DNA of 61,401 nucleotides, the filler included, from Circinaria calcarea (lineage: Eukaryota): assembly GCA_051942165.1 (NCBI GenBank). It is 9 parts of 9 records of this genome, joined end to end, with 100 filler letters (N's around TTAATTAATTAA, not from the genome) between each part and the next. Parts side by side here need not be neighbours in the genome. Positions count along the whole stretch, not along the records: positions 34,203 to 40,935 come from JAVECS010001506.1; positions 41,036 to 47,758 come from JAVECS010001507.1; 7 more parts are not named here. One strand, written 5' to 3'. Position numbers and translations under genes: made by a program. Positions 34,203-47,858 of the stretch are shown here, piece after piece. Every line of letters starts with the position of its first letter. Positions within the stretch are counted from its first letter, which is position 1. A model generated the notes under the pieces. That model saw nothing but the letters and a program-made list of their open reading frames with translations. It did not search any database and had not been told where the DNA came from.

Positions 34203-37200
34203 GGGGTAAATAGATGTGATATGTTTTCCGTTGCCCTTTTCCCCTTTCCTCTTTCCTCTATCCAACTCCAATCCTTATTCGCCTTTCTCCCTTCCTACCT
34301 CCATTCGCTTTCCTTTCCTTCCCGGTTCTGACTCCTTTTTTAGCTCTACTTTTTCCTTCCTCAGTTTTTTTATCATCCGGGGGGGGTGGGCTAATTTTTG
34401 TCCGCATCAGGGAATAAGCTCTTTTTCCATTTTCCCCGTATCCCCCCATTCTCTCCCCCTCGAAACTTCCAACCCCCAACCCCAAAGCAGGCCCAAATTC
34501 AACTCGCGACAGAGAGCTAGACCCAATGGAAAAGGGGGGGGAAAAGGTCGGGAGAGAGTGGAAAATAGGGACCCCGTTTACGGAACTTATGAACCGGTAA
34601 TTGGTACTCCCCCGGCTCGCGTTGGAGCAAGCGAGTGGGGGGGAGGATGTGGGGGTTTAAATTTTTTTCGAAGTTCGTAACGTCTTCCGCACCCCGCTCT
34701 CCGGCGAATTTCCTCGTCGTCGTCGTACCTCCCGGAAGGCAAGGGTTCTCGTTCTCGGAATATCTCTATGCCAGTTACTGCGGGGGAAAAGGCCAATCGG
34801 AACTTCGCAAGGGGTTTCTTCGTCATCTAAAGGTCGAGAGTGTCAAAGGGTGAGGTTGAATGAAAGCGCGCCTCTGCATTAGAATCCACCTTGGGAACAA
34901 CTTTTTACCCAATTGTAAAACCACATCACCGCCCGAATTTAAAATCAAAACTCCCCAATTGATTTTGTTGTTTTTCATCGATTTTCAATTCTCATGTGTT
35001 TCCGTTCCTACTTTCTTCTCTTCTTCTTGGAGTTGTTACAAACCTAGACCTAGGCCCGGTACTCGTCCTTTCCGCTTTTCCGCCCATGTTTAACTTCCCT
35101 CCTCTCCCTCTCTCTCCTTCTATTCTCCCAATCGAGGCATCCTTTCGTCCCTCGTCTCTGAAATCAGCGGAGATTCCGAAACCCGGCCGTCTCCACAACA
35201 TACCTAAGCGCCAGAATAAAAGGCTGAAGATTACTTACGGAACTGTATGGTTTCGTTTTTCTACGGGGAGAGATCTGCCCCGCTCTCCACATCCACCATC
35301 CGCCCATTTCCCTCCCCTCCCCGCGCTTACCGCCATTTTCTCCGCAGAATTTTCCCCGTCTTTCGCTTCTGTTTTTTTTCTCCTTTGGCTTGGGATTTAG
35401 AGGTTTAGCTGATAAAAAGTGGTAACGAACCCTTATGCCCCTTTTCTCCCCCTGAAGCCGTAGAAGTCCTTTCCCTTTTGTTCCTCGGCCGGTTTTTTCT
35501 GCGTGGGGCGGGGAAGGGAGGGCAGGGGCTCTGATAGGTCTCTCGTTTCCTTTCCTTTCCTTTTTTTTCCCCCGGGTTTTAATGCCTTATACTTGATACC
35601 CTTAGCCAAACAGCTGACTCTTTCAACTCCCTTTTCATACTTTCCTCCTGTTGGATACTTGGAAGAAGCTTTATTTGGATACATCTGGGAGGATGGAACT
35701 CTGGGTTGGTATACCTATGCGTGAGTTAGGTGACGGAGGACCCCAGGGGAGAGCGGGATGGGAGTAGAGGGGTTACTGGTAGGAGTGTAACCCACTGGGC
35801 GGAGGGTAGCGATTTATTAACGCTTAATAACCCTTAGTGAGTCTCAGATCCTAGAACCATCTATGGATAACCCCTTTCTATGTTTTTTCCCGTATTATGT
35901 AGCAGGACACTCGTCATCTACTTGTAAACTCACCGACCAATAAGCCTGGGATATAGTGATGGAAAGCTCGTCCTTAACATCACATCCCCGAGAAAAACGA
36001 AGATCTTGAGGCGGAAGCGTATCCGAAAGCGTAGGATAGCGTGGACAGTTCTGCTCTGATTTCGTTGCATGGTGAGGCGAGATAGAAGAGAGATGAAAGA
36101 AGAGTCAGGGGTAGTGACGGATGAAAGATTGATCAGGTAATATCTAGTTGCGGGTAGGAATTACGTTGGCGAGTGTAAGGGCGGTAGACAGAGAGGTGTA
36201 TATGGGGGATATTAAGTGTATGAGTCCGAAATCCGATATGATTTGTACTACTACTTAAATGCTCCTGGTTATAATGTCTTTCGTCTCCTCCTTAAGCTTT
36301 TGAATCCCTCGATGCCTTATAGCTTCCTGATTCTCAATGTGGGGAAAGCTTGAAGTTTGTTTTGGAAAAGTAGAGACAAGAGACGATGAACTCGATTTGC
36401 ATCTGAATTTTCCGGGCATCGCCACTGTGAAAATTTCTCGTGGTTATGCTAAGGGTGAAGTAGCGAGGTGTAATATTATCGTTTCAGTCCGGTTTAAAGG
36501 AACGTGGTCTTCACAAGCAGATGAAATTGGAAGCTCCGTTCTTGCGGGGCGCTGGGGGGAGATTTTCGGGGTTGGCGGAAGGAAAAGGGGCGTGTGTGCG
36601 GGAAGAAGAATGGCTGTGGGTTTTCAGGATTTGGTAGGGGAAAGAGGAGGCAAATGGGGCAAGGAGAAAGGGGAAAAGGGAAAAACATCTGGAAAAGATG
36701 TTGTTAGAGAGTTATGGGTGTATATAGTTAAAGGGTATAAGAGTCAGGCAGGAGAGGTGAGAAAGATAGAAGTAGGAATCCGTTGGTGGATTTGTAAGAG
36801 GGGTGGAGAGGAGGTGATTGTTGTGTTTGAGTAGAGAGAAGCAAGCAACGTACATCGCATGGGCGGGCGTCTTGATATCCGATTCACTGGTGGTTTAGGT
36901 GACATCTGTTGAAAAGATATTTGCAGGGTATATGCGATATAATGATTGGAGACTGCTGAAATTGTGGAAGTGGTGACTCTGGGTTTTCTGGCGGATGATT
37001 CGAGAGATCTAGGAAGTTTGCGGGCCGAATGGATGTATCGACTCTATGCTTTGACGGGAGACTCTGGGAGTTTGGGTAAGTATGATTTGTATAAATGTCG
37101 GGAATAGAGTTCCTAGGTGTAAGGATTGCTTCAAGTACTCTGTGATTAATGTTCGTATCTTGAGCCATTAAAGTGTCAAAGCTGTAGTATATGCAACTCG

Positions 37201-37501
37201 ATGCTTCTTGGGGGAGGTAGAAGAGTAGGGTTGGAAAGTCAGAGAGCATGAATCACCTCATCTTTAGCTTGAGAGTTCTGGCGTCGGGTATGAGTGTGAA
37301 CTGAATACAGAGAGTTTTGACTGCTGAATGTATAACACCCTCTCCATCCTAATTAAGAAACCCTGTCAAATATCCTGCCTCTCCTTCTTTCGCCTTGACA
37401 TTTTCTCAGTATCCCAATGTCTGAGGACCTCCTCTACCAACCCCCTTCAAGCACTCCCATCTCATATGCCGTCCTCCTCAACCAGGAAGCTCCCAGTAGA
37501 C

Positions 37502-39850
37502 TCATTCACCGTTCTCCTCAACCGGGAAACTCCCCGGTAAACTCCTCGAGCTTTCTTGCGCTTCTTGCCCTGAGTCCTGTTCCTGATCCCAGTCCAAATC
37601 GCCGTTGCTCAAGGCAACGAAGTCTGAAAAATGCTCTGCGGCATCCGCAGCTCTGATGGAGTCGAGTAAGTCCTCGAAGACATTAAACCACTTCACAGGG
37701 TCTTTGTCCTTAGGCCTGTTAAACCTTTTAGACCACTCTGCATTGAAGTCCCTTCTCCATTTAGCCAATTCCATGGCCGTCCAGCCCCATTTATCCAACA
37801 GATCAATGTTCAGACCGTGTAATGCTGCTTGTCGCATCGTGGATAAGATCGGCAAGCTTCCATACAGCGCCGTCATATGAAGCAAACTTTGTCCACTCAT
37901 ATCTATGGATAAATTTTCAGCCCCACTATCGAGTAGAAACTTCGTTGACTTAGGTTCATCGTAGTGAATCGAGTGATCTAGAGCTATGTCACCCAAAGAA
38001 TCAAAAGCATCTATATTGGCACCTCCCTGAAGTAATAAATCCAGACATTGCACAGCTAGACAGCCGCCTGCATGTACGGCTAAATGAAGAGGTGTTTTCC
38101 CTTCGAGATCTCCTATATTTGGATCCGCACCTCGTTGCAATAGCTTTTTTACGGCTTCAAACTTGCCATGATAAGCCGCCCATGCCAAAGGAGTTCTTCC
38201 TCGACTATCTCGTTGATCAATCACTATCCTTGGTGTTGCAAGTAACTCGGCATCGAATCCCTTGGCTTGTTGCAATTCGAGGATTGCAAGATGCAACTTA
38301 GAGAATTCAAAGTGTTCTATTGGGTCTTCCTGACAGAAGGTTGTTGCCACCCAGACCCGGTCGGATTTGCTATTAAGGCCTGGGCTGAATGCCGATGACC
38401 AATAGTTTTGATATGGAGAGCTATCAAATTAGCCTAGACAATCGCGCTGTGGTTGGCCTTACTCTTACATCATATCGTTATTTACCTGAAGTGGATCGGC
38501 TCCCAACTGTAACAACAGTTCTACAAGGGTTCTTCTTAGAGGTTCAGGGCAGTAAGGACTATACTAGTGATGTTAATTAAATTTTTGATTAAGGACATAG
38601 CCCTACATACATGAAGTGGTGAATATCCTCTATAGTTGACATCAATGATTGATGCCTCGCCATTGACAAGCAAGTTTTTCACTTCAGACAGGTTTCCTGC
38701 CCTGACTGCTTCAAAGATAGGTGATTCCTCAGGACGGACCCGTAAGCAACGCAGAAGCAATTCCGGTCCCTTCATCTTTGAACACGCCATCATCATGCAC
38801 AATGTTTTTTTAAGAATCCATCCTGGAAATGTATACTGCAGGATGACTCCACCTTTAGATGCGCCTTTTTTGCAATCACGGTCGCATGTCTGCCGATAAC
38901 AGGGTAGTCCGCTGTAACCAATGAGGAGAGAACCGAGTATATCGTTCAACAGTCGAGGACTCCGTACTCGGTTTTGATGATGACAGGAGCAGAGGCATGA
39001 GGAACAACATCTTTGATACTTGGTGAACTCCATATGAAGTGCACCTTTACATCCAGAGTTATCCTGATATTGTTCTTCAAGGAAACCTGTACCTGACCGT
39101 GGTTCGTCGGAAACGCTCGGCAGCTGCTCTTCCACGACCGAGAGCTCATCTGTCGCTATGATAGCTTCGGCTCGGGTCAGATTGAGGATGACACCTGAAT
39201 TGGTAGGCCGATGAACAATAGTTTGCAGGACTGCTTCCATTGATTGACCTTGACGTAGTATAGATCCGCCAGTTGAATGGATAAGATTCTCCAGTTCGAG
39301 ACAACGCGAACTTGTTCCTTCAGAGGCGATATGTAATTCGCTGAGCTGTAATTGAATACGTTTCGATGTTGCTCTGTTAAGGTTAGCAAACATTCTTCAG
39401 CCGATGAATATATAGACCTGCATACAAGCTGGCAATACTAGAGGCCGTAAGAAGATCGTTCTTGGCATTTCGTATCTTCTCTTTCAAATTCTGAACCTTC
39501 TTTCCCTGACGGAGCCATGCAACATGGTCAATCTTAGTCCCAGCATCCGTGATCTTCGTCAATGTGTATTCTATCAGCCCCTCGAGCTCTAGTGCCACAT
39601 CTTTGACCCTTTCAAGGGCATTGTGAACAAGCTCATGCTGAGCTGCCGCCGCAGAACAAACAGCAGAGTTGTTAGAAGTATTGTCATCGACAGCTTGGAC
39701 GACAAGTTGTAGCTCAGTCACTTCGTTGTTGAGCTGTAAGAGGCTGTCTGGGGCATTCCGAAGCTCAACAAGCTTGCGTAGGCCAGTACCAACTTTTCCA
39801 CCCGCTCCAACAATAGCAATGATAGCAGCTGTAATAGATAGCGGGTCCAT
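37502..39850 (-). CDS. HeLo-like N-terminal domain - Cys/His module - ankyrin repeat protein with no NTPase; 4 exons
   Basis: MDPLSITAAIIAIVGAGGKV..LRNAPDSLLQLNNEVTEL, intron 39425-39374, CCSSCLCSCH..SPRLL..LGSLLIGYSGLPC..C..C..YTFPGW, intron 38610-38564, a third intron near 38470-38420, then ANK repeats (GRTPLAWAA, GKTPLHLA). All junctions are in frame. Confidence 0.82.
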
Positions 39851-40935
39851 AGGGATTATGTGCAACCGACCAGTTTAGCCGTAGGAATACTCTTACATAC
39901 AACTTGACGATATTGCTCCGTTTGTAGATGCGCACCGAGCTTTGTGAACGGGCTTCAATCACGATACTAGAAAATGTAATGCACACCGTTGAAAAGATCT
40001 GTCATTCAACGAGTCCCAGGACTCATCCTCGGTAAGTCGCTGACATGAAGACAGTTGACAGCGCAATACGATAAGAGAGCAGTAGAATCGAAAACCGAAT
40101 CAACTTCCAAAGATGCTCAGCCTCATACCTGTGCAGCGCCGCAGCCTTCGCCAAGCCTCATTGGCCAAGCACTATCCATTATGCAGCCAGTAACATGCAA
40201 CTGTCGATGCGGGGCTCCCACCATAGCATCGCCTGCTTGTTCGGCTGAAGATTATTCTGTCAACCAGCCTCAGGGATATTGATTGATTGCGCAGCAGAGG
40301 CGGAATCATCTATCGTAACGTAGCTGGTAGTTGGTGTTTTCCTGAAGGATGAAAAATGCCTGGGCTAAATTCGCAGAGGGAGCTATTGGTCAGGTAAGGG
40401 ATCCAGGCCCGCTGGGCCGAGCTTGAAATGCTGGCCTAATACTAAGGAGTGAGCGCCTAGAAACCTCATTTCTAAGGCCTGTAGTTTACGATTCACACCA
40501 GTAACACTTGAGAGCTCCAAATGGTTGGTCATCCATTTTAAAAGCAGCCCACCGAGTTTTCACCATAGAGTCCGTTATTCCCTCCGTTTGGCTCCCAAGG
40601 TCTGGTCTTAGCCAGAGTGCTACTGGATACTTCGTAGAGACGCGTCCTAAAATTTACCAATCCAAAGACCTGTCTTTCGCCCGTGGCGTTGGAGCTCCTC
40701 AATTGAACTAGTACATACTCTAGTTAGCATGACGAAACTCGAGACAAAGAAGGAGGATAATATACCTGTCTGACCAGCGATCTATCTTCCCATCCAACCC
40801 CGTCTCCATCTACCCCCTACACCCCATGCGCAACAACCAATTTCTTTCAACTCAAACAGAACCCTCTTCTACTAAGCCGCGCATATTCCTCTTCCTAAAC
40901 CCCTCTCCTCCCCTCCGTATCCCTCTTCCTAACTC

Positions 40936-41035
40936 NNNNNNNNNNNNNNNNNNNNNNNNNNNNNNNNNNNNNNNNNNNNTTAATTAATTAANNNNNNNNN
41001 NNNNNNNNNNNNNNNNNNNNNNNNNNNNNNNNNNN
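40936..41035. other. Artificial contig-joining spacer
   Basis: N44-TTAATTAATTAA-N44. Confidence 0.98.
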
Positions 41036-41304
41036 AAACTTCCCCCCGGGGAAGAAATGATTAGCTTATTGGGATACCGGTGGAAGGAGGTTGAGAGGGT
41101 AGTGGAAACTTTGAGGTCCCGATGCTTTTCTTTCTTTTCTTTCTTTCCGTTGGACGAGAGGTGGCAATAGGACCCAGTGGGACCTAAAGCGAAATTGAGA
41201 AGTTGTTGGAGGCTAAAGGAAAAATGGGTTAAAAGTCAAATATAAATAATGAAATAAGCGATATATTCCCCAAAAAGAAGTGACGGCGCAGTGGGGCAAG
41301 CCAA

Positions 41305-42810
41305 GTGGAAAATTCCAAGGGAATCAGGGGCATTTCTCTTCCTCTCAAGGTCTCTGTGTACTCTGTTGGAAGCGAGGAGGTAGCGGCTTCTGTGGCTTTG
41401 AAGGGACGCCGGGAGGTGGCGATCTCTGTGGCTTTGAAGAAACGCCCCCGGTTGGCGGCCTCTGTGCCCTCCGCAGAGCACTGGTGAGGATCATGCCTGG
41501 CAACCTGTGGAGATTGAAGAAGTTGCTGCACGCTGAGAAATTTGGGGGCTAACATATCCCTCAAAATCCGTGATAATTCATGTCCTCCCGCAGAGAACTA
41601 TCGTGCCAATGATACAACAGGTACGAATGTTGAGGGTGAAAGGGTTGCTGGAAGTGTCTATGCGCCAATGGATGAGAGACAACGAGCCCTTTTGACACAA
41701 CTTCCTTCCTGGGGCTCCCCAGATGCATATCTTTCGGCAGAGACCTCGGAGGGCCTTAGCAGCAACGGTCGAGTGGTGCAGGCCGTGGCAGGAATGCCGG
41801 GGGTATATGATCGAGAAACCGGAACTCACGGGAAGACTTTCACTCTTCAACTCTCCTTCACAACTCCCGCACCTGAACCTCAGCAGACAGCGCCGATGAC
41901 TGGCAGCGCAGAGTCTCCTTGGGATCTCAATCTACCTGGCAACACCGACGAACTCGATCCCCGTTTAGCCATTCCGCCAGGAAGCCAGCCGGCACATGAA
42001 CCAGCGGCGGCGGACCCCCCTTCAATGGTTTCTCCAGCAGACCAGCCAGGACAGGAACCAGCGGCGGCGGACCGCCCTTCCAAGGTTTTCCCCAGCAAGA
42101 CAGATTGTCTATATGGTGCTGGAAAATAACCCCCAGCTCGAAGATAGGTACGACGCGACGATGGCAATAGCGAGATCATCCGAGGAAACCGATTACAGGG
42201 CCAGACGAGGAACCGGACAGGAGATCTTACCGACAAGGGCGAGCCGAGATGAGGAGGCGGCTCAGGGAAAGTCTGGACATGTGTTTTGCCACGGTCCATT
42301 ATAGGAGACCAGAAAGGGGAAGCACTATATGTGTGGACCGATCGCCCGGCCACCGAGATGTTCCCTCAGACCCGATCTCTGCTCCCCGAGGGAAACGGAT
42401 GACGACGCCAACTTCGGAATATTTCTTGATATATTATACCACCGGAATCCTCACGCACGAGTGCTTATAGCTTTGTATGGGGACCGACGGCTCGTTGTGT
42501 AACCTAAGAGCATGGGAGCATCTTTCCAAGACATATGCGACATTCACAATCAATTTATCGATTATCTGTGATCAACCGTGAGAGGGTAATACCGACGCAG
42601 AGGATCGGACCCATTATGGGAAAATTCATTTGCCGTTACTCCGGACTCGCAATAGTAATTGGTATCGAGGCAGAGAACGTTGACGACCATCATTTCGAGC
42701 TGATACACTTATGGTACCAGCAGTACCTTCGGAAGGGTGTCATCGGAGCAGCTATCAGCCGGTTCGCCAGGACGGTGGGGACGCGTGGTCGGAATTCGGA
42801 GCCCTAACGG
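41305..42810 (+). pseudogene. Fragmented or frameshifted unknown gene with internal tandem repeats
   Basis: Chain of overlapping short plus-strand ORFs; 36-bp repeat x2.5 (41376-41467) and 57-bp repeat x2 (from 41985 and 42042), both multiples of 3. Confidence 0.35.
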
Positions 42811-45800
42811 GATCTGCGAGTGTGGAGGGCACACCATGGCCGAGTAGAGGAGGAACAGAACGTGGAACTTGTTGTCTCGATCTGTTGTTTGAGCTAACTT
42901 GAAGTCTCGGAGCGGAAAACTCGAAAAATATGGAAATTTGAGCTCCCCGAGTGTTAGCCTTGCTAATTTTTAGCCAGGTGTATTGGGGATTAATATGTTT
43001 ATACTATCCCGTTTCATACATAGCTAGCTTATGCTTACCGAGTTGCCCATGACGAAATAAATGCTGCACAAAAAACGATAACAGAAACTAAAAATGGAAT
43101 TAAACCCTAGTGCCAAGATTTTTGGCTGGCGTAAATAAAAACTTCGCGATACCGAGTTCGCTACATCGACTTAAAATAAATCTTCACGTTACTTGCCCCA
43201 TCCCTCACCTTCTCACTTCAGTTCCGAAGATATTGCCGAAACCTCTTTCCGATACAAGACTCACATTTCACCGAATCGACCTAGCGGTTATCTGTGAATC
43301 AAAAGGGCGAGAGAGGGAGAGAGAGTTGATCAATCTCGAATCCCAAGGACAGTCTTGCCATTTTGCAAAAAAAGCAACACCACACTCTTGTAGCATTGGA
43401 GGAACCCGACCGAGCGTATGGCCGGAAATTTCTGTGGAAGATGAGAGAGTGAAGAAAAAGATCAGAGAACCCGGATCCCTGGGGTTAATGGGAGGGTTCG
43501 GTTATATTTCGACATTCGTATTCTTCATTCAGGTGTTTGATACAAATCGGACGAACCGGTTCCATCTGCATTTTTCCTTATTGGCGAACGACTTATCGTC
43601 CGGGCGTGGGCGTTTTCATGGAGGAGAGGATAAGGGAAGGAAGGAAGGTACAGAGGAGGGGTGGCGAGTTCCATGATCCAAAATACCATCCATGGTTACC
43701 TGATAGGAATTACGAGTCATGAAGCGTTAAAACTGCTCACGGGAGAGAAGGATTCCTCGGTGGCGAAGTCGAAATTTCAATGTTTGGATGCAAGTCACGC
43801 ATGAAGGTGATAATAAAGGAACTGGGAGGTCTCGGAACCAAAAATCTATATATGTAAATAAACCTGTTACTCAGCCCTTGGGTCGTTTTGATCTACAAAG
43901 GGCAAATTGATCGTCGTTGGAACGGATAAGAATAGGACTTTCTGATGGATTCCCGGGTCTAACGTCCGATCTGCGGTTCTAGAAGAGCGAATGGGATTCG
44001 GGTTGTCGGGGAAATATATCTTTAGATTTTGCTGATCTACTCACTACCGCTTTTGCACCGAGTCTTGTGCTTTTCTCGAAACCTTCCATCTTTAAGCATA
44101 TTCGCCGGATAGATTCTCGTGCTTCGGCTGGTGGTATGATGCACTCGGTAGGGCTCGCACATTGATGCAAGCCACAACGGTTGCAGTCGCCACTACGACA
44201 TCGAATGTCCACCCCACCCAAGTAATGTGCATGTTTCTTGGTTGATTGACTAATTGGATAGTAGTGTGGAAGAATATCCGTTCCCGATCCCGCTCGTTTG
44301 AGTACCAGGCTCAATATCGGATGAGTAAGCCCTTGATCACTGTCGTCGTCGTAGTACCTGGTAAGGCGCGCGCTCCGCTGATTGGTCTGTATCCCCCATT
44401 GGCTTGCTGTCACACGTATTCCGATACCCTGACGTCACGCCTCCGCCCACATTTTAGTGGCGATGCTTGGCCTCGTCTCAGATCACACACCACTCCCAAA
44501 CTTTGGAAATTCGCAAAACGGCACTTGCCGTCATCCCGCTTAATGACATCGCCACCCTTTTCGACAATGCGCTGCGGGGGAGCGGCCTAAACAAGGTTAT
44601 GGCGTTTTCAATCTGCGCCATGTTACCCTCCACCATGCCCCGGAAGATAGCGAGATAAGCCTAGTCGTTCACATTTGAGTTTAGTCGAAACTCCACGGGC
44701 ATAGTGCGAAATGCAGGGCAGATATCCTATGTCGACCATGACTGACAACGGGATTCATGTTCTCCGTGCTCTTTACCAAATCAACGAATGGAATAGATTT
44801 CATGTTCGGCCTGATGGCGTCCGACAACACAGTTCGCCGATGTAATGGTTGAATCCGAACAAGGCGACCATTGAACGTCGTGAAGTACATTTGTACGGAG
44901 ATTCGTGAGCAAGCACCTAGCAATTGGCAATGAGAGCGTCGGTCAAGAAATCACTGTCCAATAGGTGGTTCAGGGTAAGGCTGGATTCACCAATCACCAT
45001 TCCAAAGGGAGGAGGCTTCCTGCAGGTAATGTCGTGGGCCGACTGCACTGCAAACGTCAACCACGAGATGGTTGTGCAGTGAATACTTGAGCGGCCTCGA
45101 GGCTCGAGCCGATCTCACTCGTGGACAAGACCTTATTAGCCAACTATAATAGGAACAAGGCAAGAGGTTGATCCGGCTGCCCCGAGGTACAGTAGAAGAG
45201 TACCAGTGCAGTTGCTGATCTTCCGAGGCGATATAAATAAAAGATGCTTAAATCAACAGCGCGAAGATCTACGAGAAATCGACTGCGGCAGTGCCCCATA
45301 AGGTCACTGGCAAGCTTTGGACCTTTGGAGCCGGCAAGGGTGTCGGAATGTAGTTTATGGCTGCTTGAGTGGTTAGTTTGTACTGGTCGCCTTTTTGAAG
45401 TTGGTGGTCCCAAACAAAAAGCTGATGCTGTCTTTCGTCTGTGGCCCCGATAGATAAGTGAAGGAGGGGGAGGGGGACGGGTTGTTTCGGGTCTTTGGAT
45501 CCTCTCAAACTGGTGCTCATGGTGTAGAGTACTCTATTCTCCGACTCTCTTTTGGTATCCATCTTGTGCCTCTCTGTTCGACTGGGTACCCACCATCATT
45601 TTTGATACTTGATAGATCCGAGTCCCTTAGCGCAAGCCACGAAGGGTCCAACCGCAGGGGACCCTGGCCCGAATTTCCGCCGCTGATGTCAGTCGTCTGC
45701 ACGCTAGCAAGCCTTGAACGCTATTCGGTTCAAGGCTGCCTCCCTTTGGGCGAGCTCTATCACATCTACTCGTCCCCGCTCCTCCATGATCTACAAATTC

Positions 45801-46046
45801 TGACACATTCCCGACCGTTTCTTCGAATTTGATCATTCACCTGAACCGATCATCCCACTTCCGAAGAATTGTATCGTACCTGTATCATTGTACCAATATC
45901 CATTCCGTCTACTCGCCAGTATAGTTTGCCTCGGAGAACATTGACCCAACGCCTGTGCAAAGCCCGCTCTCTTCCCGTCGCACTTTGCATACATATCACG
46001 ACAACCCCAGGCATCTCGCAGTGCTACACCAATCTCATCCACCATC

Positions 46047-47253
46047 ATGATGGCCATTGATAGTCAGCAACGCCAGCACCTGGGCTCAATGGGTTATGAC
46101 CACATCCCCTATTCTGCCGGCCCCCCTCAATTCACAAATCCCTGGCCCTCAGCACCTTCATCAACCAACACGTCGCAATTCTTCCCTTCGCTGTCGGCAA
46201 GCAATCTTGGGTATGACGGCCTTACCAAAACCAACGTAACGCGGTCGAGTACCATGTCGATGCCCTACACCTCCCTTCCAGCTGCTGCACCGTCCATTAA
46301 CACTGGCGACTACTCCGGCATACCATACAATCAGTCAGACTTATTGAGCGCCCCTCAAGGTCTGATGAACAGCTCGCGATCCGCCTATGACTCGTCATAT
46401 GCCGGTACGCAACCACAGACTCTCAACTCATATGCTCCGGCTACTGCTTCCTATGTCCCAATGGGTTCATATGGTCAATCTCTTGCGCCGCAACAACAGC
46501 AGCATGACAACACTCGGCGGCTTTCTCAATCGTAAGTTACCTTGAACACATTCAATTCGTCTGGTCAGTGCTAGAGACTAACGCTGCCATAGAAGTACAG
46601 CATCTGTACCTCAATCGCAAACTTCTTTCGGAGACGTTCTCGACGCGGGGAGGGGTATGGTCGCCATGAGCCAGGACATGACGACACCCAGGAACATCTA
46701 TGGCAATACAAGGACTGATCGCGATACTTCAGACTCTTATGGGTTTCCATCGACACACTCTGCGCACTCGTCTATTTCATCTGGTAGTACGTATCCATCT
46801 TACTATGCCGATTCGACTGCATCATCGGTTAGCGACTACAGCTCTACCGCCGAGTCTGTGGATTCAGTCAGTTCCCGCACTCTTCCAAGACCATCGGGCT
46901 TGAATCTTCCCCCTGCGCCACAATCTATGATGGGTCAGTTCAACTCAAAGGTCTCATCGAGCACTCAAAAGAAGCACAAGTGCAAGGTCTGCCCGAAGCG
47001 ATTTACCCGCCCGAGTTCATTGCAAACTCACATGTATAGCCACACTGGGGAAAAACGTAAGTCATGATAAAGATACCGACACTTCAGGGATTTCAATGCT
47101 AACGTAATTTTAGCATTCGCTTGTGAAGTCCAAGGTTGTGGTCGCAATTTCTCTGTTGTCTCCAACTTACGGAGGCATCGCAAAGTCCATAAGACCGATC
47201 ATTCTTCAGACCATGGCTCCCCAGAGGGGTCATGGGCATCTTCGGAGATGTGA
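46047..47253 (+). CDS. flbC: C2H2 zinc-finger transcription factor FlbC/FLE1; two introns
   Basis: PPAPQSMMGQFNSKVSSSTQKKHKCKVCPKRFTRPSSLQTHMYSHTGEK|PFACEVQGCGRNFSVVSNLRRHRKVH; also GRGMVAMSQD..TPRNIY. Confidence 0.9.
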
Positions 47254-47758
47254 TTGCCATTACCATTGGTGACCTATCACGATTGCATTTTGAGAATACA
47301 CTTCGAACCCGTCGAGCGATTTAGCATGCATGTTGTCACTTGTATTATCACCATCGTCATACTAGATACCACCCAAAAAGATCTTCAACTATTTACGGGC
47401 GTTTTTTTCTCAAAGAACTGGTTATGATTCCGACGAGGGATTGGGGATCGAGGATTCATGGGGTTACAACGGCATCGGAGTTTTGACGGTGGGAATCACT
47501 GGGGGTCATGATCATTGTACAGTTGGCTATACCCTCTACATCGCTGATCGCGGTGTTTCTTTTTCGATCTTGCGCAAAAGAATTAAAACAATCTACTTTA
47601 CCCATGTTTTCGATGCTGAGTCCCTGGAGAGGTCCCTGCAAAGGTTCCTGGAAATCGTAAAACATGCATCGAACGTCATACCCTCCCGTACCCTTGCAGT
47701 AAACCCCCCGCCCTTCCCGGGAGATGGGGGGGCTCGTGGCTTCCACAATCGTCATGGG

Positions 47759-47858
47759 NNNNNNNNNNNNNNNNNNNNNNNNNNNNNNNNNNNNNNNNNN
47801 NNTTAATTAATTAANNNNNNNNNNNNNNNNNNNNNNNNNNNNNNNNNNNNNNNNNNNN
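47759..47858. other. Artificial contig-joining spacer
   Basis: N44-TTAATTAATTAA-N44. Confidence 0.98.

Noticed and set aside
34203..36830. Many short ORFs and some minus-strand splice-like signals
   Set aside because: Homopolymer-rich sequence with no sustained frame; looks like low-quality consensus or a heavily decayed gene, and no product can be assigned.
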